Shown one piece after another: positions 49,052 through 59,167 of a stretch of 64,000 nt of DNA. Both the position numbers and the translations under genes were made by a program. The notes below the pieces were generated by a model, which was given only the letters and a program-made list of their open reading frames with translations, was not told the origin of the DNA and did no database searches. Source of the stretch: an uncultured Gammaproteobacteria bacterium (GTDB lineage: Bacteria; Patescibacteriota; Microgenomatia; Levybacterales; GWA1-39-11); contig CAYMYC010000001.1 in the NCBI GenBank assembly GCA_964394645.1, forward strand, positions 117,299-181,298. Direction: 5' to 3'. Every line of letters begins with the position of its first letter. The first letter of the stretch is position 1.

Positions 49052-49648
49052 ATGAATTTGTTTACTTTTTTGCTTCAGAGCAATATCCAAGTAATTATAG
49101 GAGTGCATCTAGTAGGTGTAGTAATAGGATTTGGAGGCGCAATAATCACAGATATACTTTTTTTAAAATTCGTAAGAAATGGCAAAATCGTCAAAAGTGA
49201 GGTGGGTGTTCTTGTAACTATGTCAAAAATAATTTGGGCAGGCATTTTGATAATTGCTGTTACCGGTCTTTTTATTTTACTTTCAGATGTAGAACGCTAT
49301 ACTCATTCAGCAAAATTTTTACTTAAAATGTTGGTGGTTTGGGTAATAGTTATTAATGGATTAATCTTAAATTTTGTTATAACGCCTACATTACCTCTTG
49401 TCAATTTTGGGAAAATAAGTAATTCAAAGGATAAGACAAATAAAATAAGAAGCTTAGTATTTATAACAGGTGCAGTTTCCGCAACTTCATGGTGGACTGT
49501 TTTTATATTAGGAATGTTACGTTTTTCTCCTGTGTCTTTTACAGTTCTTCTGAGTATCTATTTGTTAATATTGGCAGGTGCAATTATAGGGAGCCTTGTA
49601 TTAAATAGTTTACTTGCAAAAGGCATTATCAAATATTCATCTTTGTAG
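49052..49648 (+). CDS. Integral membrane protein (hypothetical)
   Basis: 198 aa, about 5 TM helices. Confidence 0.5.
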   Translation: MNLFTFLLQSNIQVIIGVHLVGVVIGFGGAIITDILFLKFVRNGKIVKSEVGVLVTMSKIIWAGILIIAVTGLFILLSDVERYTHSAKFLLKMLVVWVIVINGLILNFVITPTLPLVNFGKISNSKDKTNKIRSLVFITGAVSATSWWTVFILGMLRFSPVSFTVLLSIYLLILAGAIIGSLVLNSLLAKGIIKYSSL

Positions 49649-49684
49649 TGTTTAGAAAAAAAATAAATTATAATCTAGCAGTAA

Positions 49685-50077
49685 GTGGGCATGAATATGA
49701 ACAGACCAAATGGATTTCTTAGATTAGGGGGAGCAATCATTTTGATTATTGGATTACTGGGAGTTGTAGGTATTTTGGGACCCGATTCTTCTCAAAGTAT
49801 TTTCCAGTCTTACTGGTGGCTTGGAGAGCGGGAGAGTCATGTGTTTATTGCTACAGCAATCGCTTTACTTTTTATATCATTTACCTTTCCTGCGCTCTGG
49901 CAACGATATATAGTAATTATATTCGGTATTTTAGAGATATTAATTGGTTCATATACCTTTTTTGGTCAAAATATATTTGGGATAAATCTTGAGACTCCTT
50001 CAGATACTATAGTACACTTTATTATTGGTGGGTGGGCATTATACTCAGTATATGGAAAGTCTAGGGGGAAAAGATAG
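49685..50077 (+). CDS. Integral membrane protein (hypothetical)
   Basis: 130 aa, 4 TM helices. Confidence 0.45.
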   Translation: MGMNMNRPNGFLRLGGAIILIIGLLGVVGILGPDSSQSIFQSYWWLGERESHVFIATAIALLFISFTFPALWQRYIVIIFGILEILIGSYTFFGQNIFGINLETPSDTIVHFIIGGWALYSVYGKSRGKR

Positions 50078-50422
50078 TTGAGTATGAAAAATCTATTAAA
50101 TAAAAAGTGTATTCCCTGTGAAAGTGGTGTCCCTCCGTTGACTTTGCCTCAGGTTGAAGAATATAGAAAACAAATCAATTCCTTATGGGAAGTCTTAGAT
50201 GATGGAAAAAAGATTAAAAGAAAATTTAAATTCAAAGATTTCAAGGAAGCAATAGTTTTTGTAAATAAAGTTTCAGAAGTAGCAGAAGAAGTACAACATC
50301 ATCCAGACATTAAAATTTTTTACAATATAGTTGAAATAACGCTTTGGACACATGCAATCGCAGGATTATCTGAGAATGATTTTATAGTTGCCGCAAGAAT
50401 TGATCAGGTTGGGTATAGATAA
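50078..50422 (+). CDS. Pterin-4a-carbinolamine dehydratase (PCD/DCoH family)
   Basis: EEVQHHPD signature and overall PCD length (114 aa). Confidence 0.7.
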   Translation: MSMKNLLNKKCIPCESGVPPLTLPQVEEYRKQINSLWEVLDDGKKIKRKFKFKDFKEAIVFVNKVSEVAEEVQHHPDIKIFYNIVEITLWTHAIAGLSENDFIVAARIDQVGYR

Positions 50423-50440
50423 TCTTGAGTAAATTTAGAT

Positions 50441-51154
50441 ATGAAAGTGTTTCTGGGAGATAAAAAAGATGAACTCGCGGTTTTTGCAAAAGACGCACTT
50501 GAGAAAATATTTACCGAGCATCACAATAAGCACATATTATTTCTTACTTCTGGTGGGTCCTCTTTTAAATTATTGGACTTATTAGAAAGTTTGCCCTGTT
50601 ATATTTCCATTGGCGTATTAGATGAAAGGTATAGTACAGACAATGAAGTGAATAATTTTTCACAGCTTGTAGAAACACAGTTTTATATACGTTCTGAAAA
50701 ATTATTTGAACAAATTTTTAACACTACAGTACAGGTTGGTGAATCACTTGAGTCATTTTCATGCAGATTTGAAGCACTTATTAGAAAATGGAAATCTCAA
50801 TTTCCGGAGGGGATAGTAGTTGTAACATTGGGGATGGGAGAGGACGGACATATCTCTGGGATAATGCCATTTCCAGAAAATGATGTGGTTTTTGAAGGGC
50901 TATTTAATGATCCAAGAAATTGGATTGTAGGATATGATGCAGGAAATAAAAATAAATACCGATATCGGGTGACAACAACGTTATCATTTTTAAGAAATGA
51001 GGTTGATTTTGCAATTGCATATATTACGGGTGAAGAAAAAAAACATGCGCTAGGTATGTTTCTTGCAGATGAGGGAAAAATAAGTAGTATTCCTGCTCGG
51101 GTGATGCATGAAATGAAGAATGTTATTCTGTTTACAAACATAGAGACAGAATAA
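50441..51154 (+). CDS. 6-phosphogluconolactonase/glucosamine-6-phosphate isomerase family protein
   Basis: LTSGGSS motif and family length; borders the transketolase genes. Confidence 0.55.
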   Translation: MKVFLGDKKDELAVFAKDALEKIFTEHHNKHILFLTSGGSSFKLLDLLESLPCYISIGVLDERYSTDNEVNNFSQLVETQFYIRSEKLFEQIFNTTVQVGESLESFSCRFEALIRKWKSQFPEGIVVVTLGMGEDGHISGIMPFPENDVVFEGLFNDPRNWIVGYDAGNKNKYRYRVTTTLSFLRNEVDFAIAYITGEEKKHALGMFLADEGKISSIPARVMHEMKNVILFTNIETE

Positions 51155-51157
51155 GTT

Positions 51158-52147
51158 TTACTTTCTTTGAATGACTTTTTTGACTGAGGTTATGATATCG
51201 GACGTATCCATATGGTATTTTTTTAATAGTTCATCGGGCTTTCCTGATTCACCAAAAACATCTTGAAGCCCAATTCTTTCAAGAGGTGTAGGAAGCTGTT
51301 CTGAAAATACCTCTGCCAATAATCCACCTAATCCTCCTGTCACTTGATGGTCTTCTACTGATACTGCTGCGCGGGTTTTTTTCACTGATTCTATAGCCGC
51401 TTTCACATCAAAGGGTTTTATGGAGGCAATATTGAGAACTTCTGTGCTAATTCCTTCCTCATCCAAACGCTTTGCTGCAAGAAGAGCATAATAGAGCATA
51501 TATCCGGTTGCAAATATAGTTGCTTGTGGATTTTCCCCTAGCCAGTAGGTGTAAGCCCTTCCCTCCTCAAATGGGGTCTCAAGTGTTGTTATAATAGGTG
51601 TCTTATCCCTTGTAAAACGCAAATATACAGGTCCTATGACGTTTCCTGCAAGAATGGTAGCGCGTTCACCCTCTAATGCGTCACATGGTACTAAAACGCG
51701 GATATTTGGCCAAACACGGGTAATTGCTATATCTTCAGTTGCCTGGTGAGTAGCCCCATCCGGTCCAGTCATGATGCCTGCGTGATGACCGGCTATTTTT
51801 GCGTTCGCACCATTATATACAATTGTTGTTCTAATTTGTTCCCAGTTTCTCCCGGGAGAGAAGGTAGCATATGAAGAAATGAATGGAATCTTTCCGCTTA
51901 CACCTAACCCCGCTGCTACAGCTGCCATATTTTGTTCTGCTACTCCAACTTCAAAATACCTGTCGCTATATTTTTTTGCAAATGCTTCCACCTTGGTTGA
52001 TTCAGTAAGGTCTGCACAAAGTGCGACTACATTTGGATTTGTATCCCCTAGTTTTATGAGTCCAGTTCCATATCCTGAACGCGTCGCGTCCTTTTCAACA
52101 TTTTCATCAAATAATTTTGGATTTAATTTTAAGACAGGATTCAGCAT
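51158..52147 (-). CDS. Transketolase, C-terminal subunit
   Basis: Pyrimidine-binding and C-terminal TK domains as a separate 329-aa ORF. Confidence 0.85.
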   Translation of the reverse strand: MLNPVLKLNPKLFDENVEKDATRSGYGTGLIKLGDTNPNVVALCADLTESTKVEAFAKKYSDRYFEVGVAEQNMAAVAAGLGVSGKIPFISSYATFSPGRNWEQIRTTIVYNGANAKIAGHHAGIMTGPDGATHQATEDIAITRVWPNIRVLVPCDALEGERATILAGNVIGPVYLRFTRDKTPIITTLETPFEEGRAYTYWLGENPQATIFATGYMLYYALLAAKRLDEEGISTEVLNIASIKPFDVKAAIESVKKTRAAVSVEDHQVTGGLGGLLAEVFSEQLPTPLERIGLQDVFGESGKPDELLKKYHMDTSDIITSVKKVIQRK

Positions 52148-52160
52148 AGTATTTGCATGA

Positions 52161-53030
52161 CTAGATAAATTTAATATTTTCTTTCAGCTTTTCCAATAGA
52201 GCATTAAGCTCATCTAGTGCTTTTGCAGCCTCATTTTTATTCGGTGCTTTGCCGTGCCATAGATAATCATTTTCCATAAATGAAACGTTTTTTCCGGGTA
52301 TCGTGTGTGCTATTATACAAGTTGGTTTTCCACGAGTTTTTCTAGCGCTTTGAACAGTTTGGACAAATCCCTCCATATCATGCCCGTCTGCTTCATACAC
52401 ATTCCAGTTAAATGATTCGTATTTTAATCGTAGAACTTCAAGGGGTACAATTTTTTCTGTCAGTCCATCAATTTGGATCATATTTCTATCAATTATGACA
52501 GTGAGATTATCCAATTCGTATTTAGGAGCAAGCATCACAGCTTCCCATGTATTGCCTTCCTGGTGTTCACCATCAGATGTAAGGCAATATACGTGCCAAT
52601 CTTTTTTATCCATTTTTGCTGCCAATGCCATACCTATTGCTTGAGATAATCCTTCTCCAAGCGGACCCGAGGTGTTTTCAACCCCTGGAGTAACTCCTCT
52701 GTGAGGGTGCCCTTGGAGGGGAGAATCAATTTTTCTGAGCTTATCGAGCCAATCAACGGGGAAATATCCTGCCTTTGCGAGTGTGGCGTATAATACTGGA
52801 CATATATGCCCGTTTGACAGAACTAGTCTATCCCTATCTTCCCATAGCGGATTATTAGGATCTTTGTTAAGAATATGAAAATACATGCAGGTAAAGATAT
52901 CTGACATTCCAAGTGATCCCCCGGGGTGACCTGATCCTGCTTTCTCAAGCATTTTTATAATCAATATCTGAATTTCCGTTGAAATAACCCGTAAATTATA
53001 AACTTCTTGTTGTGTAAGATTTGTAATCAT
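52161..53030 (-). CDS. Transketolase, N-terminal (TPP-binding) subunit
   Basis: GHPGGSLGMSD...GDG..EG TPP motif; 289 aa; split-tkt arrangement. Confidence 0.85.
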   Translation of the reverse strand: MITNLTQQEVYNLRVISTEIQILIIKMLEKAGSGHPGGSLGMSDIFTCMYFHILNKDPNNPLWEDRDRLVLSNGHICPVLYATLAKAGYFPVDWLDKLRKIDSPLQGHPHRGVTPGVENTSGPLGEGLSQAIGMALAAKMDKKDWHVYCLTSDGEHQEGNTWEAVMLAPKYELDNLTVIIDRNMIQIDGLTEKIVPLEVLRLKYESFNWNVYEADGHDMEGFVQTVQSARKTRGKPTCIIAHTIPGKNVSFMENDYLWHGKAPNKNEAAKALDELNALLEKLKENIKFI

Positions 53031-53060
53031 ATAAAACGCTTTCTAAAACCGGGTATACTA

Positions 53061-54344
53061 CTAATATTTATACACGATAAATAAATCTGAGACATTACTA
53101 GGTAATCGACCTGTTTCGATTCCATCTCCTACTTTTTCAAAAAAAGCTAGACTATCATTTTTTTGGAGACTTGTGTTTATGTCCAGTTGTAATTCTTCAC
53201 CACGTTCTTTAGTGCTGCTATCTCCAATTGCGCCAGCGAGCCTACTATTGTCCCAACCGTCTGAATCAAATGAGCACAAGATAGTGTTTTCAGGCATATC
53301 TTCAAGCGTACCCAATACTACTTCTTGGTTTCTTCCTCCTGCCCCTTCTCCTGTAACGTGTACTGTGGTTTCTCCGCCAGCGAGTAGTATGCTTTTGGTT
53401 TTTGTGATTTCGATAAGTGTTTTACCTGCGGTTTTTGCTTCATGCTCAAACTGATCACTATAGATTTCCGCGTCAATTTGGAATATGTGTGCCTTTTCTT
53501 GCATTGCTGATAATGCGCTATTATTTGAAAGCATTATGATATTTGTAATATTCTGGAAGATTGATTTTTCTTTTGGGGTTTCAAGAAGTGCATCTATCAC
53601 AAACGGTAAGGCTTCTTGCATGCTATACTTCTCAATTATTGCTTTAGCATCATCTACAGTTCCCTCGTCAAGGATAGTAGGACCAGAAGCTATTATAGAT
53701 AAGTCATTTCCCGGTACATCAGAAAAGATAAGACTTGCAACTCGGGATGGGAAAAGGACCTTTGCGAGTCCTCCACCCTTAACTTCCGACAAATGTTTTC
53801 GGACTGTATTCATTTCAGATATTGTTGCACCAGATTTGAGAAGTTCTTTGTTAACGTGTATTTTTTGATCTAGCGATATTTTATTTGGCGCAACAAGCAT
53901 TGCAGATCCTCCACCGCAAATAACTACAAGGACTAAATCCATTTGAGTTAGTTGAAGGGTAGCCAAGCGTTTTAATAAGGCTTGGGTGAATGCAGCATTT
54001 ATGGTGGAGGGAAGTGGATGGGATCCATTTGTAAAATGAACCTTTGTAAACTGTTCAGAATTTGTGTCTATAACGTGCCCCTCTGTCAGTCTTTCACCTA
54101 GTTTTTCTTCAATAATCTTTGCTATGCCCGCTGAGCCTTTCCCAAAGCCAATAAGAAAAATTCTTTGAAAGAGTGACAAATCAAATGATTGGTCTGAAAT
54201 AGTTAAGATGTTTCCGGTCAATTTGAAGTTGTTGTTCATTACATGGTCAGGCTGTATGGCTGATAAAGCGGCTTCAACAAGCTCTAATACTACCTTTCTT
54301 TCTTTCGTTGATGAAAGAGCGGAGAGATTTTTAATAAAAGTCAT
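53061..54344 (-). CDS. Glycerate 2-kinase (MOFRL family)
   Basis: LLAGGETTVHVTGEGAGGRNQE motif; 427 aa. Confidence 0.75.
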   Translation of the reverse strand: MTFIKNLSALSSTKERKVVLELVEAALSAIQPDHVMNNNFKLTGNILTISDQSFDLSLFQRIFLIGFGKGSAGIAKIIEEKLGERLTEGHVIDTNSEQFTKVHFTNGSHPLPSTINAAFTQALLKRLATLQLTQMDLVLVVICGGGSAMLVAPNKISLDQKIHVNKELLKSGATISEMNTVRKHLSEVKGGGLAKVLFPSRVASLIFSDVPGNDLSIIASGPTILDEGTVDDAKAIIEKYSMQEALPFVIDALLETPKEKSIFQNITNIIMLSNNSALSAMQEKAHIFQIDAEIYSDQFEHEAKTAGKTLIEITKTKSILLAGGETTVHVTGEGAGGRNQEVVLGTLEDMPENTILCSFDSDGWDNSRLAGAIGDSSTKERGEELQLDINTSLQKNDSLAFFEKVGDGIETGRLPSNVSDLFIVYKY

Positions 54345-54410
54345 GTATTTAGTATCTAGTATTTTATATCTAGTATCAAGTATGTTTGATGGTCTCAGAG
54401 CGCAGAGTTA

Positions 54411-55160
54411 TTATTTTTTTGTTTTACCGTGTTTCCAGTGAGCAGACTTGAGGAAAGTAGCGTACACATCATCATCTATGTTTATATTTGATGCTGATAT
54501 TTCCGCGTCTGTTGGATTGTGCTCTTGAAAGACTACAAAGGGTACATCTGTAATTACACCAAGAGGTGTTTGTTCTATTGTCTCTCCCATGAGAACTACT
54601 GCGGCGGCGGCAAGTCCATCCATAATATTTACTTTTGTCATTTTAAATTCCCGACCAAAAAGATCCTTTGAGCCTATATGATCATTTAATGCTTGAAAAC
54701 CACTATGAGCGAGTCCAATTCCAGTTACTCCCCATCTTAAAGGAGTAGTTTTGCTATCTGTAATAAGAATGCCTAAGTTTTTAATTTTGTGTTTTTCTCG
54801 TAAGTATGCGCGGATTTTATTCGCGCTTTCTTGTGCATTTTTTGGCCAGAATACAAAGTAACCATTTGTATTTGATTCATCAATCCCTGCTGTGGCAGCT
54901 AAGATATTATTTTTAATAGTTATATATACTCCATATTTGTTTTCTTCTTTTGGAAGATAAAGATCAGCCTCGCGCGCAACCAGTTCATCCTTTGTAGTCT
55001 CGGTCTCAGGGAGCATGTTTCCCTCACAGATAGCAACTATTTTTGAGGTTATTACAATGATTGAATTTTCTTCAAGTGGGGGTAAATACTGATCTAATAT
55101 GGGAAATATGTCAGTATCCGCCGCGGTTATTTTGTGAGTTTTAAAAGATTGAATGACCAT
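54411..55160 (-). CDS. CofE-like protein (F420-0:gamma-glutamyl ligase family fold)
   Basis: IIVITSKIVAICEG motif and ~250-aa length; function in a likely non-F420 organism unclear. Confidence 0.45.
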   Translation of the reverse strand: MVIQSFKTHKITAADTDIFPILDQYLPPLEENSIIVITSKIVAICEGNMLPETETTKDELVAREADLYLPKEENKYGVYITIKNNILAATAGIDESNTNGYFVFWPKNAQESANKIRAYLREKHKIKNLGILITDSKTTPLRWGVTGIGLAHSGFQALNDHIGSKDLFGREFKMTKVNIMDGLAAAAVVLMGETIEQTPLGVITDVPFVVFQEHNPTDAEISASNINIDDDVYATFLKSAHWKHGKTKK

Positions 55161-55362
55161 GTGGCTAATTTTATCATAATTTTCTATATATCAGATAAGA
55201 TTACAAATTGTAAGTTTTTATTGCATGTTTGCAAAGCAGGTGGGTTTTTAGATATAATATGTGGTAGACACGATGGTGATGAGTAATTATGGCACGCATA
55301 CACGCAATCATATCACCCTCTTTAAAGCTTATTTAAAAGCTTTTTCTTCGTGTAATTAAATT

Positions 55363-56541
55363 ATGACCGGACAAAAGACATTAGACCAATTACGTCAAGA
55401 ATATATTGAGAAGCTTGAGAAGGTTTCAGGTATTTCAAAAGACACGGCAAGGCAAGAATTACTTGCCGAAGCTGAGCATGACTCTTCAGAACAGCTTGCA
55501 AAAATAATTCGGGAAACAGAGGATCAGGCAAAGCTTACAGCAAATCACAAAGTTCAAGAAATTTTAGTTGATGCTATGCGTCATGGTGCTCTAAATTATA
55601 TCGCAGAATATACTGTTTCAACGATCAGAGTAGAATCAGAGGACGTAAAAGGTCGAATAATTGGAAAAGAAGGAAGAAACATACGTTCATTTGAAAACTC
55701 TACAGGTGTAGATGTTGATCTAGATGAAGAGGGAATTATCAGACTCTCTTCCTTTGATCCTGTAAGGCGTGAGATAGCAAGACGTTCGCTAGAGGTGTTA
55801 ATTAAAGATACTAGGATTCAACCAGTAAGAATTGAGGAGGTTGTGTCTGAAACTAAAAAAGAAGTAGATGCAATTTTGTTTGAAGAAGGAGAAAAGCTTG
55901 CTCATGAGGTAGGTGTATATAATCTTCAGCCAGATTTATTATCTATGTTAGGAAGATTTAAGTTTCGTACATCTTTTGGGCAAAATCTTGTCGTTCACAC
56001 GCTTGAGGAGACAAAAATTGGAATACAAATTGCTTCAGAAATTGGAGCAAACGTAGATATAGTGCGCTTAGGATGTCTTTTCCATGATATAGGAAAGATT
56101 GTGAATGACAAGGAAGGTAGTCATGTTGCCTTAGGAGTTGAGCTATTACAAAAGTACAAAATTTCAAAAGAGGTCATTAATTGTGTAGCAGAGCACCATG
56201 AAGATAAACCATTTTCATCAGTAGAATCAGTGATTGTGCATATTGCAGACTCTATATCAGGTGCTAGACCTGGAGCAAGGCACGAAGATGTACAGGATTA
56301 TGTAAAACGTATTCGTGACATGGAAGATATAGCAAAGAAGTTTGACGGAGTTGATGATGCGTACGCATTTGAAGCGGGTCGTGAGCTTAGAGTGATCATA
56401 AATCCTGGGAAATTAGATGATATTGAAACTACTATAATTGCAAAGAAAATTAAGGAAGAGATTGATAGTAAATTGATTGTTCCCGGAGTTGTAAGAGTTA
56501 CAGCTATCCGCGAATTTAGATCCACCGAACCTAAGGAATAA
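55363..56541 (+). CDS. rny: Ribonuclease Y (short form lacking N-terminal TM)
   Basis: KH domain (GRIIGKEGRNIRSFE) followed by HD domain (LFHDIGK). Confidence 0.75.
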   Translation: MTGQKTLDQLRQEYIEKLEKVSGISKDTARQELLAEAEHDSSEQLAKIIRETEDQAKLTANHKVQEILVDAMRHGALNYIAEYTVSTIRVESEDVKGRIIGKEGRNIRSFENSTGVDVDLDEEGIIRLSSFDPVRREIARRSLEVLIKDTRIQPVRIEEVVSETKKEVDAILFEEGEKLAHEVGVYNLQPDLLSMLGRFKFRTSFGQNLVVHTLEETKIGIQIASEIGANVDIVRLGCLFHDIGKIVNDKEGSHVALGVELLQKYKISKEVINCVAEHHEDKPFSSVESVIVHIADSISGARPGARHEDVQDYVKRIRDMEDIAKKFDGVDDAYAFEAGRELRVIINPGKLDDIETTIIAKKIKEEIDSKLIVPGVVRVTAIREFRSTEPKE

Positions 56542-56601
56542 TTGTATCTTGATTTACCATTTTAAATTTGCTTTTATATAAATAATCCAGTAAAATTCAC
56601 T

Positions 56602-57399
56602 ATGGGTCGAGAGTATAGAAACTATTCTCCAGAAAAGTCCATACTTTTAAAAGATGATCTCTTGCCTGCCGCAAAAAATTGGGTTAATTGGTGCTTTACT
56701 CCTCTTCAGCAGAAGCAAATAGAGCTTGGTTTAGACACTGTTATTAGAATGGAAGGATTACGAACAAAAAAATTCCCAGTCCCAGACGATTTTTTTCAGA
56801 CAAACTTAGACCATACACATAATATTATTAAAGATGCAAAACATATCCATGCAACAAAAAAGGAAATGTCAAAGTATATTAATTTTTCTGATGTTCAAAT
56901 AGATGGATTTGGTCATGATATCCCCGAAATATTAAGAAATGTAGGAGATGTGCAGCCCACAGAAAGAACAAAACGTGATTGGGCTAGAAAACGCTTGGAA
57001 CATATAGCTGCAAAAAATTATCTTATCCCTCTGATTAAAGATCCAGAAGCCCGTGCGGATGCGTTGAGACGATATATTGAGTATGAAAAAGCCGACCCAA
57101 GCAATTTAGAGGTTCAAATGGCAAAATATCTAGATCAAAAAGATGGAACCATAACCTATGCACATATTGTTTTTAATCGGTTTCAGGTAGAAACTGCAGA
57201 CACATTAAATATAATGCGGCTACATCTTTATGAAACGTTGCCTAAGATGATTACTCCCGCGATAAATTTATTAGTTGGTCTTCCAACAAGAGAAGCAAGA
57301 TTTGAGATGCGTGACATCTTAGTAAATGACCTGAAAGAGTTGGATAAGTTTGCACCTTCAGGCGTAGCAAGTCCTTACATTGAAAGGTTTACAGGGTAA
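56602..57399 (+). CDS. HD-domain phosphohydrolase, YfbR/HDDC2-like 5'-(deoxy)nucleotidase candidate
   Basis: H..H...GHDIPEILRNVGDVQP motif (HDxxE...GD..P); 265 aa. Confidence 0.45.
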   Translation: MGREYRNYSPEKSILLKDDLLPAAKNWVNWCFTPLQQKQIELGLDTVIRMEGLRTKKFPVPDDFFQTNLDHTHNIIKDAKHIHATKKEMSKYINFSDVQIDGFGHDIPEILRNVGDVQPTERTKRDWARKRLEHIAAKNYLIPLIKDPEARADALRRYIEYEKADPSNLEVQMAKYLDQKDGTITYAHIVFNRFQVETADTLNIMRLHLYETLPKMITPAINLLVGLPTREARFEMRDILVNDLKELDKFAPSGVASPYIERFTG

Positions 57400-57929
57400 T
57401 GCAAAATAGTTGGTATGTTATAACGGCAGGTCCTTCAGCAGGGAAAACTACAACCATAGAGCTTCTTTCACAAAAAGGCTATAGAGTTTCACATGAAACT
57501 GCTCGTAGATATATAGAATCGAAAATGAGCTTAGGGTATACTATGGCTGAAATAAGAGCGAATCAGCTTAATTTCCAAAAGGATATACTTCATATGCAAA
57601 TAGAGCTTGAAGGGTTGCTAGACCCTCATGAGCTTACATTTTTAGATAGGGCAGTACCAGACAGTATGGCATATCTGCGTTTTCGTAAGTGTGAAATACC
57701 ATATGATATTGAGGCGATACATAAGAGTACTTCAAAAAAATATAAAAAGGCTTTTGTTTTAGATGGACTTCCTGTGGTTAAGGACAATGTCAGAATTGAA
57801 TCAGACAAGCAAGCCGCGGAGATAACAAGATTTATTGAGAAGAGCTACTCTGAATTAGATATAGAAATAGTCAAAGTTCCAATAATGAGTAGAATTGAGC
57901 GGGTGGAGTTTATTTTAAAGAATTTATAA
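57399..57929 (+). CDS. P-loop NTPase/nucleotide kinase (AAA_28-like)
   Basis: Walker A GPSAGKTT; 176 aa; start overlaps upstream stop by 1 nt (TAATG), suggesting translational coupling. Confidence 0.55.
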   Translation: MQNSWYVITAGPSAGKTTTIELLSQKGYRVSHETARRYIESKMSLGYTMAEIRANQLNFQKDILHMQIELEGLLDPHELTFLDRAVPDSMAYLRFRKCEIPYDIEAIHKSTSKKYKKAFVLDGLPVVKDNVRIESDKQAAEITRFIEKSYSELDIEIVKVPIMSRIERVEFILKNL

Positions 57930-57938
57930 GTATATTAT

Positions 57939-58697
57939 CTATTTTTTAATTTCGTCAATAAATTGTGAAAGGTGAGATAAATCTGAAAGCCCTTTAATTC
58001 CCATCTTTGCATCTATTGCCTCTCTTGTTAGCAAGAATATCTCAAGGGGTAAAGAAGCAAACTCTTCAGCTACATACGATAATCTACCAGGGTTTTTTTC
58101 TGGGGTAATTACCTTTAGGGCATTAGGTTTTTTGCTGTCTTCCAGAGGATATATTTCTCCTTCCCTCATTTGTTGCCACAAAATTGGTAGTCCCTTTTCT
58201 CTTCCATCTAACATGCTTCCTGCAAATTCATCAGGAGAGCCTATGTATACATTGTTAACCTTGTGAGTTAAAATTCTTGCAGTGCACATTGGGCATGGTT
58301 CCAGGCTAGTTATTATTGACCTTTCTTCGTTATGGTGAGGGGCAGCGCGTTGAAGGAGAATTCTATCTGCATATGTTTTTTCACCTCGCGCAAGGCTTTC
58401 TACGGCGTCAATTGCATCTTGCTCTGCGTGAAGGTGGGTGTCTTTTCTGCTGACAATTCCGTTCCTGCCTCCTATGACGTATTCTTTTCCACTATCCCTA
58501 AAGACATAAACAGCTCCTATCCCATAATTTCCTTCTTGGTTAGCAATAAGTGCTTGTTCGGCTGCATAAGATAAATATTCCTGAAAAGAGTATGTTTTGG
58601 AAGTTTCTCGCATCCTCTTAACTTCCGAATGAAAACGATTTTCCCTTGATGATTGTGGGGTGTGTTCTGTAATATTACTCATGCGTAAAGTATACAC
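57939..58697 (-). CDS. CDA-fold nucleoside/nucleotide deaminase (zinc-dependent)
   Basis: HAEQDAI and PCPMCTARI zinc motifs; ~90-aa N-terminal extension. Confidence 0.7.
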   Translation of the reverse strand: MYTLRMSNITEHTPQSSRENRFHSEVKRMRETSKTYSFQEYLSYAAEQALIANQEGNYGIGAVYVFRDSGKEYVIGGRNGIVSRKDTHLHAEQDAIDAVESLARGEKTYADRILLQRAAPHHNEERSIITSLEPCPMCTARILTHKVNNVYIGSPDEFAGSMLDGREKGLPILWQQMREGEIYPLEDSKKPNALKVITPEKNPGRLSYVAEEFASLPLEIFLLTREAIDAKMGIKGLSDLSHLSQFIDEIKK

Positions 58698-58886
58698 AAA
58701 CTGGATATAATTTTCAACTTACAGTGATAATATTCCTCATTCCTTCTTGACAATTTTTTTTGTAGGTTGTATTGTTAAATCAATGCTTTTCTTGTCTATT
58801 GTTTCGTGTGTCACCTCAATAAGTATGCTTTTCATCATCCATTCGGCTTATTCTCACAATTCACTGCGAAAGCGAGGTGATTTTAT

Positions 58887-59165
58887 ATGTCAGTAACAAA
58901 AAAAGAACTCATAGAGGTTGTTGCAAAAAAAGCAAACCTTACCAATAAAGCATCTAAGGAGGCAATTAAGGTTTTCTTAAATTCTATACGTGATTCTCTG
59001 AAACGAAATGAGAAAGTTGTTATTTCCGGTTTTGGTACATTTTCTCTTAGAACCAGAAAGCAAAAAAAAGGAAGAAACCCGAAAACTGGTGAGCCTATGA
59101 TGATTGCAGCCCGACGTGCGCCTGGATTTACACCTGGTAAAAGCCTTAAAAAGGCAGTAAGATAA
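58887..59165 (+). CDS. hup: DNA-binding protein HU
   Basis: 92 aa; HU/IHF fold (GFGTF, RNPKTGE). Confidence 0.9.
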   Translation: MSVTKKELIEVVAKKANLTNKASKEAIKVFLNSIRDSLKRNEKVVISGFGTFSLRTRKQKKGRNPKTGEPMMIAARRAPGFTPGKSLKKAVR

Positions 59166-59167
59166 TT

